In this document: piece by piece, positions 38,754 through 48,679 of the stretch | Layout of the letters: each line of letters starts with the position of its first letter | Numbering within the stretch: the stretch's first letter is position 1 | Assembly: GCF_001194135.2 (NCBI RefSeq) | Contig: NC_068998.1 | Location: forward strand, 4,178,305 to 4,238,934 | Origin: Octopus bimaculoides | Taxonomy: Eukaryota | Length of the DNA: 60,630 bases | Direction: 5' to 3' | The notes under the pieces: generated by a model | What the model was told of the DNA's origin: nothing | What the model saw: only the letters and a program-made list of their open reading frames with translations | The model's database searches: none | Position numbers and translations under genes: made by a program

Positions 38754-40404
38754 CAGAATAGAACTAGAATCAGACTGAACAAGGAGAAGAACACTCAGAT
38801 ATAAAAGACACACATTCATACGTACACTTACACGCGCACACACATTGAATGATTGAATGATTGATACAGAAGACAGATCGTAACTAGAAGCTTTATCAGC
38901 ATGACAATCATTTCGGCTTCGTTCTACACTGCTCCCTTGTGGGTGTCGGGCAATGTAGTAACGTCAGATGCAACGCACAACGCAATAAGCCTAATCCGGT
39001 GATGTAACATGCTTCAAAAGTTACCAGAGTTACCTTTTCGTTTCGCTTACCGTACATGATGTTGACAAGCCACAAAGATTGCGAGACGTTGATGTCCATC
39101 ACTCCTAGATGAGATTGCAGGTGAGTTATCTCACCTGTCCATGCCTCTGAGGTGTTTTAACACCTGGTACATTGAGAAAGTATACTCCACCATGCCAGTA
39201 GCAGCCCACCATCAAATACACAAAGCATAGATGTTAAGTATATGTAGTTAATGATATATATATATATATATATATAGTATAGGACAATCAGTAAGTTGTC
39301 ATAATAGAACTCAGAGTTTCAAATGCCGGAGCTTAGAGCTTCGAGGCATTTTCATTGGCTATTTTTGACGATAAACGCTATGAAGAAAAAAAAAAATGTT
39401 GAATAAAAGGGACAAAAATATAAAAGATATGAAATGTAAAAAATAAAAAAAAATACAATCAACCACATTCTCACAATAGATAGAAACCTTCTACATTCGT
39501 AAAAGCTGGTTGTGTGTTATTTTTTTATTTATTACATTTTATATCTTTTATATTTTTTCATGCCTATCAGAGTAACTTCCCTTTTATTCAACGGTTTTTT
39601 TTTTGTTTTTCATATATATATATAGATATATGTATAAATTCCTCTCTTTGCATAATATCAAGGTCTTGTTCTTTTGATGTCATTTTATTATTATTAATTA
39701 TCATCATCCACTTTCCATGCTAGCATGGGTTGGACGATTTGACTGAGGACTGGTGGACCAGGCTGATGATCCCAAGATGGAAAATTTGCCCTTCATTTGA
39801 TTCTTGAATATCCAGCATTGGAATCCAGTCTTGATGAGGATTTGTTGTGTTAACAGTTGAGAATTTGAATTCTAAAAGAACTCCAAAAATTTGTGAAATT
39901 AACAAGTTTTTCACTTGAACTGAATTGAAAGTAATACCATATTGTTAGGGTACCAATAAACGTTTTATTATTATTTCTCTTTTGCGGGGTTGCAGGCCCA
40001 AATTGCCCTCAACAGGAGCAAGCTTAAAAGTCCACACACACACATGCAATTATTAAACTTCCATACAACCTCAGTCTGTTGAAATACATTCATAAGACAA
40101 GGCTTCACACTGTGGGATTGAACTTCAGACCACATTGTTGCAAAGTGCATTCCTTAACCATACAGCCATACACACACCTGTTCATATCATTTATTTACTT
40201 ATGTTTATTAACGTTTTTTGTTTCATTTTTGTCACATTTTAATTTTGATTCTTTTTTTTTTTTTTTTTTGCTCTCTCTCTCTCTCAACAGAACCGGACCT
40301 TCATTGCTTCATCTGCAGAAAAACTAAAGATTCAAACACCCACCTCAACTTACACTGTTACATCTAATCCTTCCAACGGGCAAGACCGAGAGACAAGAGT
40401 CTAA
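15681..40404 (+). CDS. ADAM17: ADAM17/TACE-like disintegrin metalloprotease, whole spliced CDS (23 core exons, 2241 nt incl. stop = 746 aa; 750 aa with the optional 12-nt exon)
   Basis: All junction phases join consistently. Motifs: RSKR furin site, [51 protein letters not shown], Met-turn [46 protein letters not shown]. The YCLAHLFT, membrane-proximal and CANDIS-like segments fit ADAM17 rather than ADAM10. Confidence 0.95.
16660..16910 (-). mobile_element. tRNA-headed SINE; related internal domain at about 4550-4805 (+)
   Basis: Reverse strand reads TGGCCCAGTGGTTAGGG (A box) ... GGTTTCGATTCCC (B box); core cagcgtgacacag..ccctttgaa.tacaggtac shared with the 4.6-kb copy. Confidence 0.7.
18542..18671 (+). 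CDS. ADAM17: ADAM17 exon 2, prodomain ([44 protein letters not shown])
   Basis: ttttgcag acceptor, AG|GTAGGT donor, phases 1/2; LHYFETL and KRS prodomain pattern. Confidence 0.9.
19470..19603 (+). CDS. ADAM17: ADAM17 exon 3, prodomain ([44 protein letters not shown])
   Basis: tatatccag acceptor; AAG|GTGTGT donor gives the phase 1 required by exon 4. Confidence 0.9.
20095..20370. repeat. About 30-bp degenerate minisatellite (cagtctcact..ctcttgactcaaactt); same motif at about 18830-19230
   Basis: Visible periodic recurrence of cttcagtctcact / actcagac. Confidence 0.75.
20376..20399. repeat. Interstitial (CCCTAA)4 telomere-type repeat
   Basis: Four exact CCCTAA units. Confidence 0.9.
20596..20684 (+). 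CDS. ADAM17: ADAM17 exon 4 ([30 protein letters not shown])
   Basis: aatgtag acceptor, GAG|GTGAGC donor, phases 1/0. Confidence 0.9.
22507..22604 (+). CDS. ADAM17: ADAM17 exon 5 ([32 protein letters not shown])
   Basis: tctgtctag acceptor, GTAAGT donor, phases 0/2; EPSWRH..MIIYK.SD prodomain motif. Confidence 0.92.
22921..23230 (+). mobile_element. tRNA-derived SINE family A with (TTA)n tail; other copies at about 1-111, 165-330, 2405-2574, 41705-41918, 47745-48110 (-) and 22730-22890, 60040-60180 (+)
   Basis: A-box-like TGGCAGAATCG, B-box-like GAGTTCAAATTCC, near-identical dispersed copies. Confidence 0.8.
23495..23586 (+). CDS. ADAM17: ADAM17 exon 6, cysteine-switch region ([30 protein letters not shown])
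   Basis: gtgtttcag acceptor, CAG|GTAAGT donor, phases 2/1. Confidence 0.85.
23829..23995 (+). CDS. ADAM17: ADAM17 exon 7, furin site RSKR and start of catalytic domain ([28 protein letters not shown])
   Basis: ttttctag acceptor, GTGAGT donor, phases 1/0. Confidence 0.95.
25401..25493 (+). CDS. ADAM17: ADAM17 exon 8 ([31 protein letters not shown])
   Basis: atttcag acceptor, GTATGT donor, phases 0/0; VD.IYRNT.W motif. Confidence 0.95.
26506..26583 (+). CDS. ADAM17: ADAM17 exon 9 ([26 protein letters not shown])
   Basis: aattccag acceptor, GTAAGT donor, phases 0/0; W...LL motif. Confidence 0.9.
27053..27191 (+). CDS. ADAM17: ADAM17 exon 10 ([46 protein letters not shown])
   Basis: ataccacag acceptor, GTAAGT donor, phases 0/1. 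Confidence 0.97.
27215..27445. repeat. Degenerate tetranucleotide repeat (TGGT/CAGT/TAGT)n
   Basis: 4-bp periodicity seen directly. Confidence 0.8.
28316..28426 (+). CDS. ADAM17: ADAM17 exon 11 ([37 protein letters not shown] + first base G of the catalytic Glu codon)
   Basis: ttttacag acceptor, CATG|GTAAGT donor, phases 1/1. Confidence 0.95.
28620..29005. repeat. Degenerate C-poor, TG-rich tandem repeat (about 3 units of 105-125 bp) just upstream of the 6-nt microexon
   Basis: Recurrent ttgtttgatgatagtatgatgtaataga and gattgtatgatataaatatactgt. Confidence 0.75.
29076..29081 (+). CDS. ADAM17: ADAM17 exon 12: 6-nt microexon AAATTG completing His-Glu-Ile-Gly of the HExxH motif
   Basis: ccttaacag|AAATTG|gtaagt; G+AA=Glu, ATT=Ile, G+GC=Gly. 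It supplies exactly the 6 nt missing between exon 11 (..GCC CAT G) and exon 13 (GC CAT AAC TGG). Confidence 0.9.
30347..30465 (+). CDS. ADAM17: ADAM17 exon 13 ([39 protein letters not shown]), second and third zinc His and Met-turn
   Basis: tacatcag acceptor, GTGAGT donor, phases 1/0. Confidence 0.97.
30560..30905. repeat. About 65-bp tandem repeat (about 5 units) merging into the family D repeat
   Basis: Repeated gtggccaatgccagtgccacc..ggtggcacataaaaagcaccatccgaat. Confidence 0.8.
31252..31321 (+). CDS. ADAM17: ADAM17 exon 14 ([23 protein letters not shown])
   Basis: ttttcccag acceptor, CAG|GTATGG donor, phases 0/1; FSPCS motif. Confidence 0.95.
31503..31644 (+). CDS. ADAM17: ADAM17 exon 15, disintegrin start ([41 protein letters not shown])
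   Basis: tttgacag acceptor, CAG|GTATTG donor, phases 1/2. Confidence 0.96.
32278..32388 (+). CDS. ADAM17: ADAM17 exon 16, disintegrin ([36 protein letters not shown])
   Basis: ctttcag acceptor; ends at a U12-type donor ATATCCTTT, phases 2/2. Confidence 0.93.
32389..33596 (+). other. U12-type (minor spliceosome) AT-AC intron 16 of ADAM17
   Basis: 5' end ATATCCTTTA; branch-point-like GCCTTAAC at 33581-33588; terminal AC at 33595-33596. The junction AC|T restores [11 protein letters not shown]. Confidence 0.92.
32650..32812 (+). mobile_element. SINE/LINE 3' end family D with (GAT)n tail; copies at about 42010-42150, 42320-42495 (+) and 25815-26110, 45595-45840, 46140-46440 (-)
   Basis: Shared gagtggttggcgttaggaagggcatccagctgtagaaac...ggaaagcggacgttaaac consensus. 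Confidence 0.75.
33597..33659 (+). CDS. ADAM17: ADAM17 exon 17 ([20 protein letters not shown])
   Basis: Follows the AC acceptor; GG|GTAAGT donor, phases 2/2. Confidence 0.92.
34636..34709 (+). CDS. ADAM17: ADAM17 exon 18 ([24 protein letters not shown])
   Basis: ttttacag acceptor, GTAAGT donor, phases 2/1. Confidence 0.95.
35909..36021 (+). CDS. ADAM17: ADAM17 exon 19, membrane-proximal domain ([37 protein letters not shown])
   Basis: cctttcag acceptor, GTATGT donor, phases 1/0; CxxCC motif. Confidence 0.95.
36230..36580 (+). mobile_element. Mariner transposase C-terminal fragment
   Basis: [14 protein letters not shown] matches the mariner YSPDLAP motif. Confidence 0.8.
36714..36792 (+). 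CDS. ADAM17: ADAM17 exon 20, CANDIS-like stalk ([26 protein letters not shown])
   Basis: catcttcag acceptor, GTATGT donor, phases 0/1. Confidence 0.93.
37633..37721 (+). CDS. ADAM17: ADAM17 exon 21, transmembrane helix ([29 protein letters not shown])
   Basis: gtcttcag acceptor, GTAAGT donor, phases 1/0. Confidence 0.95.
38145..38198 (+). CDS. ADAM17: ADAM17 exon 22, cytoplasmic ([18 protein letters not shown])
   Basis: ctattacag acceptor, TTG|GTAAAT donor, phases 0/0; Asp right after the TM exon as in the family. Confidence 0.8.
39109..39120 (+). CDS. ADAM17: Candidate optional 12-nt microexon ATGAGATTGCAG (MRLQ) in the ADAM17 cytoplasmic tail
   Basis: actcctag|ATGAGATTGCAG|gtgagt; symmetric phase 0/0 matching the flanking exons; not needed for the frame. 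Confidence 0.55.
40291..40404 (+). CDS. ADAM17: ADAM17 terminal coding exon ([37 protein letters not shown])
   Basis: Long pyrimidine tract then caacag acceptor, phase 0, stop TAA 40402-40404; ends in ETxV. Confidence 0.8.
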   Translation, partial: NRTFIASSAEKLKIQTPTSTYTVTSNPSNGQDRETRV

Positions 40405-40843
40405 CATTGGTCGACTCATCTCCCTGCCTCCCTGCCAATCGATCCTTGTCCTCCACCTCTCACCCACCACTGAGGTTGCTATTTATCTTTAAGAATCAAT
40501 ACTGTGGAAAAACAAGTTCCGTTTGCAGGAATATTGTATGGTTGAACGCAAAATTTACCAAAAAAGATACCATTTGATAAATGCCTCCATTTTTACATGC
40601 TTGCAGACCCAATCACACACACACACATCTGTGCCCCCATTACATGCTTGCTTGTTTGATTGCTTATGATTTGGTAGTTGAAACTGGGATTGGCTAGTCA
40701 TGTTCATTTTCATCCACAAATTCTTTGGTTACTAACCTCACAATCTCTGGTATGAAGCCTCTGTCACAGACCAGACTTGGCTGAAGAATGCAGGTTTTAT
40801 TCTTAGCACATGCTTTTTTTTTATTGCTTTGCCTTGTAGTGTT

Positions 40844-40888
<45 letters not shown>

Positions 40889-43884
40889 TCCTACGTATTT
40901 TTGATCTGGCCCAAAACAGCTAGAGGGTGCCAGTGTGGGCATCAAGTTGTGATTTCTCAATATCTCTCAGCTCTAAAACACTTGATGTTTGAACTGTGTG
41001 TTTGGTTCACCTCTTTGACATTACTTCCCACACACTTTCATTCACTCACACACATACACACACATACACAGCTTTTAATCCCTGCAACTTCACTCAATCG
41101 CTTGCGTTAAATTGATTCGTTCTCTTTCTTCATCAAGACAACTTGTACACTGCCGGATTTGGTCTGAGAGAAAAGGCTCTCAGCTGTTTGGAAGCTGATG
41201 AGTTTGGCATGACCAAGAGAACAGGGAACCTCTTTTGGCATCAATACTCTCTGGCACTAGGGACAGGGGCATACACTCACTCATGTGCATGCGCATACAC
41301 ACACACATGCACTCACACACGTGCATGCACAAATACACATGCACTCACATTCACACATACATACGTGCATACACATACACGTGCACACACATTCACAAAT
41401 ACACATCTGCATGCATGTACACACATTCACACACATACACGTGTGCATGCACACATACACATGCACACACTGACAGACTCATCTTGTCTAAACTAACTCT
41501 CTCCCTAATTAGTTGGGGCATAACTCTCTCTGTTATTTTCATTACTTGATCCAACAATTTGATACACACATACAAACATACATACATACAGACATACATA
41601 CATACATACATTCAGACAGACAGAGTCTGCCCAAAAAATGTATACACACTTCAGGAAACGAAAAATCTGTATAAATATTTAGCTTGTATACATACCTCTA
41701 TAAATATACTTTTCTACTCTAGCCACAAGGCACGAAAATTTTGGGGATGGGGTCAGTCGATTAGATTGACCCCATTACACAACTAGTACTTAATTTATTG
41801 ACCCCGAAAGGATGAAAAGCAAAGTCGACCTCTGGGGAATTTGAACTCAGAACATGGAGACAGATGAAATGCCGCCAAGCATTTCAGCCGCTGTGCTAAC
41901 AATTTTGCCAGCTCGCCATTTTATACCTCTATAAATATAGATGCTGCTTTCAATGTTTTATCAAATCGCTGTAACACTGATTAAAATATTTATACAGATT
42001 TTTATTGATCTTGGTTGGCATTAGGAAGGGCATCCAGCCGTAGAAAACCATGCCAAATCAGACTGGAGTCTGGTGCAGCCTTCCAGCTTACCAGTCCTCA
42101 GTCAAACCATCCAATCCATGCCAACATGGACAATGGACGTTAAATGATAATGATGATTTTTTTTCCCCTTTCCTGAAGTGTGTATACATTTTTTTTAGTG
42201 GACTCTGTAGATATAACTATATAGGCATATATATATATATATATCTCATTATGCTTTTGATATAATGAAATGTGTGTGTGTATGTGTATATGTATATATA
42301 TATATATATATGTGACATGTAAAAGCACCCACTACACTCTCTGAGTGGTTGGCGTTAGGAAGGGCAACCAGCTGTAGAAACTATGCCAAATCAGATTGGA
42401 GCCTGGTGTAGCCATCTGGTTTCACCAGTCCTCAGTCAAATCGTCCAGCCCATGCTAGCATGGAAAGCGGACGTTAAACGATGACGAACGACGACGATAT
42501 ATATATATATATATATATATAGATATATATATATATATATATAAGGGTAAAAATTATTAAAAATAATTTATACCAGTGGCCAGCATACATAAAGAATTGT
42601 CCATAGGCTGTAACTTATTTTTATATATATATATATATGTGTGTGTATAACCATATACCATTTGGTGGTTTTCCTCTTAGTGTATAATTACCTATGGTTA
42701 TACACACACACATATATGTGTGTGTGTGTGTGTGTGTGTCTTTACAAGTACATGTACACCCATGCACATGTATATACATACAAACACACACATATCTGGA
42801 TGCGTGCATATATTAACATATATGGATGATGATGGTTGTGTGTGTTTAGCCTTGATAAGTCACCATTATCAACAACAACCTCTACTTGATGTAAAATCTA
42901 TCCATGCCTTATCTGCTGAAGTGATAATGCTGTGCAGTATTATCTGTTGTCTGTGTCTCATCATGAAAACATAGATAACCAACCCATGTCCTATATGAAG
43001 TGCCCTCAGTAAGTTATTTCTTAATGTCCCCCACCCCTGGGTTAACCCTGATCAAAAAAACCTCACGCTCAAATGCATTCCAACCATGACTCTCTAGGAC
43101 TATATTATCTAATGTGTCCTTCCCCTTGTAATACAATAGAATATAATTTGATGGAGATTATCCTGCTATTTCTAGCAGCTGTAGCTACCACATACAAACC
43201 TTCTGGTTGGCTTATTTTCTGCGTGTGTTAGACGTACAGGGGCTGTAGTGGTACCCTAGAGAGGCCTGGAAATTGATTCCCTTTGTTCTTTTAACCTAAG
43301 TCAGTCCTGTCAAGTTGGCCTAATGCTTAAAGTTACCCTGTTCCCTCCATGACTGTCCCATCATATAATAGGCATAGTGTATCTAGGACTGACATTACTC
43401 AATGTATCTATGCTTTTTTTGTTAAATGGTTGGCTGTGATTTGTGTGACTTTTGGTTGTTATTTCTAGCACATTAAACAACCACTTGGGAGATGCTTTGT
43501 TTTTGTTCAATGTTCTTCAGTGCTGTACAACCACCAAAGACAGAGTTTTTAATGCATAATAATATCTTTTCTTTGCTCTGTGTCATATAATAATTCAATC
43601 ACATTCTGTTTTTAAATCTTAAAATGTTTTGCTCAAAAATAACTGGTTTATCTGTCTTGTTACCATATTTCTGTTGAAATACTCTGCCTTCATTTTAATA
43701 AAGTTTGGAAGCAATGAAGAATTTTGTAAAATAACTTCCTCATTAAGCTGGCGTTTGAAACATAAATTAACAAGAATTTTTTATGGAAGATTCTTTAATC
43801 ACTTTAACCCTTTTGTTATCAATTGTTTCAATTAATTTTGAAAATAACTAAGAATTTAGTATAACGTACTGACAAGTAATATTT

Positions 43885-44219
43885 GTAGCCACTTTAATAT
43901 GGCTGTCCATTCGAGCGGACTCTGCTGTGATTTTTTAACCTCCAGAGGGCAAAATTTATCAGCTGCATCTGATAAAATTGTGAGCAGGAGAGCGAACCCC
44001 TACCATTTCCTAGTGATGCGGTGTCCTGTACTGAGGAGTGACAGAAACAGCCCGAAACCTGGACTGGTCTACTGGTTGTTGCTCGGAGATGGTAGGGGTT
44101 TGCTCACAATTTTAATTTATGCAGCTGTGCATTGTTAACCAGCTAGAGGAGATGACCTCTTGGGGTTTAAGAATCGCAGTAGAGTCCGCTCAAACAGACA
44201 GCCATGTTAAATTAGCTAC
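43885..44219. mobile_element. Foldback element with about 55-bp outer and inner inverted repeats, inserted into a piggyBac-like MITE; hammerhead-like core at its apex
   Basis: Outer arms gtagccactttaatatggctgtcc..gagcggactct / agagtccgctc..gacagccatgttaaattagctac; flanking direct repeat atttagtataac at 43854-43865 and 44224-44235. Confidence 0.7.
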
Positions 44220-47199
44220 GAAAATTTAGTATAACTTTCTTATCATTTAGCTGGTGTTTGAAACATAACATGAAATTTTCTCGAAGAAGGTTTTAATTTA
44301 ATCCCTTTAAAAACCAGAATTCTATGTCTTAAAACCAACAGCAGTCTTGGGTAAGTTAGTATTAAAAGGGCTAACTCAGGGTGAATATATATTCTGCATA
44401 CAAGTACCCTGGTAATTTCGGTTCATTTCAGTAGCACACTTTATGACTACAACCACTGTACACCATCATATACATACGTGTATATATGAGGTGGGTGCTG
44501 GAAAGTTCCTGGCTTTAAGAATATCACAAAGGGCTTGGTTGGAAGCCCAGCCTTCCAAGTTCTTTCACAGGGCTTAGAAATACTGAAGGACCACTGCACT
44601 AAGTGTGTGAATCTGAGAGAGGAATATGTTGAATAAAATCATAATTAACTGATCTTCTGTATTTTCTTTTATCCAAAGCCATGAACTTTTTAGGACCTTC
44701 TTGTGTGTGTGTGAAGATATGTGGCCTCGTGGTTAAGGTGTCGGGCTCCTATTCATAATGTTGTGGGTTCAGTTCCCAGATTGGGCAGCATGTTGTAACC
44801 TTGAACATGACACTTCATTTCACAAATTGCTCCAGACTATTCATTTGAAAACAAGTACCTACTGACTAATGTGGCCCTCCCCACTGTCCCTTCAACTATT
44901 ACATTCTAGGTGTCCTACAGTATCGAGGGGTGGGAGGAGAGAGAGGGTTTATGTCTGGGTGCACAAGCTCCTAAAAACAATAAGTGAAAACATAGTATGT
45001 GTTACTAAAAATATATTGGCTTGCAAGTGACCGCTATGTTAGCTTTACTCACACACACACGCAAACTTATGAAGTCCCACTCAACTTGATTTACTCTCTG
45101 TACATATATGGCTAAGATCAACATCTCATATCTACTCCTAGCATTTATATTATATCTATATATATATATATATGCATATTGTACACACAGACTTGTTAAC
45201 AAAGTTCATTTTAGGTCAGTGTCCTATTATGTATTGAAAGCTTGTAAATTAAATTTTCTTTTATTTATACACACACACCGTTGTTGTTTGTTCAGAGAGG
45301 TACCACACCCTATGACATCATCACCCATTCACCACTTGTAGGTACCTTTCTTTTCTTTACTTCGATACATTTGTGTTTGCAATAACAACACAGGGTAGAC
45401 TCTTTCAAATTATGTTACAGTTGATGTAACCCAATCAAACTCCTACGTCATTGTTGACATCACAGGCACAAATCCATTAATAAGATTGTCGAAGGAATTT
45501 GTTGTCTCGTTTCTTGATTATTTTTAACTCTGTTTTTCAAGCATTTGCTACGTCCCCACCACCACCACAACACACACACACATACACACACATCATCATC
45601 ATCATTTAATAGTCATCTTCCATGCTAACATGGGTTGAACAGTCTGATGGGAGCTGCTAAACCAGAGCACTGGGCCAAGCTCCACTCTCTGTTTTGGTAT
45701 GTTTTCTACAGAGGCTTGACCTTCCTAGCATCAACCACTTTACAATGTGGACTGAGTGCTTTTTACGTGGCATCAGCAATAGCGAAGTCTGCTTTGGCAT
45801 GGTATTCACTGCTGGATGCCCTTCCTAACACCAACTACACTATAAGAGGTTGCTGAAGAGTTTCTGGCTTTGGATAAAAGAAAATTCCAGAGGATCAGTT
45901 AATTATGATTTTATTCAACATATTCCCCTCTCAGATACACACACTTATTGCAGTGGTCCTTCAGCTTTTCTAAGCCCTGTAAAAGAACTCACAAGGTTGA
46001 GCCTTCAACCAGGCTTTTCACAACACCCTTGAAACCAGGAATTTTTCAGCACCCCCTTGTAGAGTGGACTGGGTGCTTTTTTATCTGGCACCAGCAACAA
46101 TGAGGTCTGCTTTGGCATGGGTGTCCTTCCTAACACCAACCACTTTACATACATCATCATCATCGTCATTGCTTAACGTTTGTCTTCCATGCTAGCATGG
46201 GTGAGACAGTTTCACAAGATCTGGCCAGGCAGAAGCCAGCACCAGACTTCTATAACTGTTTTGGTGGGATTTTTATAGCTGGATGCCCTTCCTAACACCA
46301 TCCACTCAGCAGAGTGGACTTAGTGCTTTTTGACATAGCACAAGCACTGACGAAGTCAGCTTTGGGAAGGTTTCTACAGCTGGATGCCCTTCCGAACACC
46401 AACCACTTTACAGTGTGGACTGGGTGCTCTTTAAGTGGTACCTGTACTGACAGGGTCACCAAGTATCTTGCAAGAGATAAGAAAAAATATATATGACATA
46501 TATATTTTTTTATTTGTACTGTCTAGGTCTCCTAGACATATTCAGTTTCTATGGCATATTAAGTACCTGAGATCACAACATTCTCCACCCCGGCTCAATG
46601 GGTGTCAATTTTTACAGTTGAGTGAACTGGAAAATTGAAGTGATGCGTCTTGCTCAAGAACGCATACATCATTATCCAGTTCAGGAAGTGAAACCTGATC
46701 TACTGATTATATATGCACACGTGTATGCATATGTATATTTGTATATAATATTTCTATTTTGTCTGCTGTTAAATTTCAAAATTTGACAAAAGATATGTTG
46801 ATAATAATTAATAATTTGTTTTTATTTGATAATTATTATTATAAAATTTCATCTAAAAAAACCAGTTTTGTTCTTATTTTCACTTTTGTAATTAATAAAA
46901 AAAAAAAAGATAAAAATAAATTATTACCTTTGTATTATTCTTTTTTTTTATTATTCTTTTACTTGTTTCAGTCATTAGACTGCGGCCATGCTGGGGCATC
47001 ACCTCGAGGAATTTGTAGTCGTATGAATCAACCCTAGTGCTTTTTTTTTTTTAAATCTTAGTACTTATTCTATCAGTCTTTTTTGCCAAACAGCTCAGTT
47101 ATGGAGATGTAAACAAACCAACACCAGTTGTCAAGCTGTGGTGGTGGTGGTGGTGGTGGTAGGGGTGACATACAGACACAAAGATAGACACACACACAT

Positions 47200-47680
47200 G
47201 ATATGCAAGAAGGGAATTGGCAGAAACTTCATACGTTGTACCCAGTACAGTCTCTGGACATACAAGAGGTGCAATGCTATCAAAGTAAGGTTAACGGAGA
47301 ATATAGTCTTTGTTTGTGGCAAAATGGGCAGGAACAATAAGCATTAAAAATACGCAGACAACAGACTCTCTCAAATGCTCAGGTGGATCGTTAAAAGTAG
47401 TAGACAGCTTCTGTTACCTAGGAGACCAAATTAGAAGTCGGTGGGTGGGGGGAGTTCTGAGAGTAGTTACTAGGATAAGAGGGGGTAAGAGGCTGGGTAA
47501 ATTTCAGAGAGCTTCTACCTTTGTCGGTAAGTAAGGGCCACACCTTCAGAGTGTAAGGCAGATTGCATGATACCTGTGTATGTACAGGTGCGAAACATGG
47601 CTTTTGACTACAGAAGATTTGTAAAGGCTTGAAAGAAATGAAGCTAACATGCTTCGCTGGATTGGTAATGTCAGTGTGTA
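47200..47680 (+). mobile_element. Degenerate RTE-like LINE reverse transcriptase fragment
   Basis: C..GIGRN.IRC....W..KRC Cys cluster, then LKVVDSFCYLGDQI and ..EANMLRW; frameshifted. Confidence 0.75.
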
Positions 47681-48204
47681 TATACATCCAGTGTGTATAT
47701 ACGTCCAGTGTGCTAACAATTGTGCCGGCTCACCCCCTTAGTAATAATAATCCTTTCTTCTGGATGCACAAGGTCTGAAATTTAGGCAGGGGTGAGCATA
47801 GGCAATTACATCGACCCCAATGTTAAAAATGATACTTAATTTATTGACCCTGAAAGGATGAAAGGCAAAGTCGACCTTGGCAGAATTTGAACTCAGAATG
47901 TAGCAACAGATAAAATACTACTAACCATTTTGCCCGGCATTCTTACGACTCTACCAGCTCCTGCCGCCTTTAATAATGATAATCCTTTCTTCTGGAGGCG
48001 CAAGGCCTCAAATCTGGCGGGAGGGGACTAGTCAGTTGCATCGACCCCAGTGTTTCACTGGTACTTAATTTATCAACCCCCATGAAAGGCAAAGTAAACC
48101 TCATTTTGTTTGATGCCCTGATGGGTTTTGCCAGTTCATCCAAATAATGAATGAACAAAAATAAATAAGATTTCATTGTATGATACTATTTTCACAATTA
48201 GTTT

Positions 48205-48570
48205 AACCTTTTGATACCAACCTGGCTGAAACTGCTTCTGGCTATGTAGTACAAAAGTTCTGAATTAAAATCTTCCACCAAACCTTAATCACAATTTATG
48301 TTCCTAACACTTGCTTAATGTTAACTAAATTATTTTACTAAATTCTTTGTTATATTTAAAATTAATTGAAAGAAACACAGAGCATCTCAACAGAAATATG
48401 GTAACAAAGGGGTTAAAATATATAATAGAGAAACAATTCTTAACCCTTTCGATACCAACCCAGCTGAAACCACCTCTGGCTCTGTAGTACAAATGTCTTG
48501 TTTTCATAAGTTTTGAATTAAAGAAGCACAGAACATCTCAACAGAAATATGGTAACAAAAGGGTTAAGAA
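48205..48570. mobile_element. Two tandem piggyBac-like MITE copies (second internally deleted); relatives at about 21680-21907 and 43660-44375
   Basis: TTAA-CC(C)TTT(T/C)GATACCA ... TGGTAACAAA(A/G)GGG-TTAA termini. Confidence 0.6.
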
Positions 48571-48636
48571 GAAAAATAAATAACAAACCACTAGAAATAA
48601 ATCAACCTCAGTAATTTTTATTAATTTTTTTGATTT

Positions 48637-48679
<43 letters not shown>

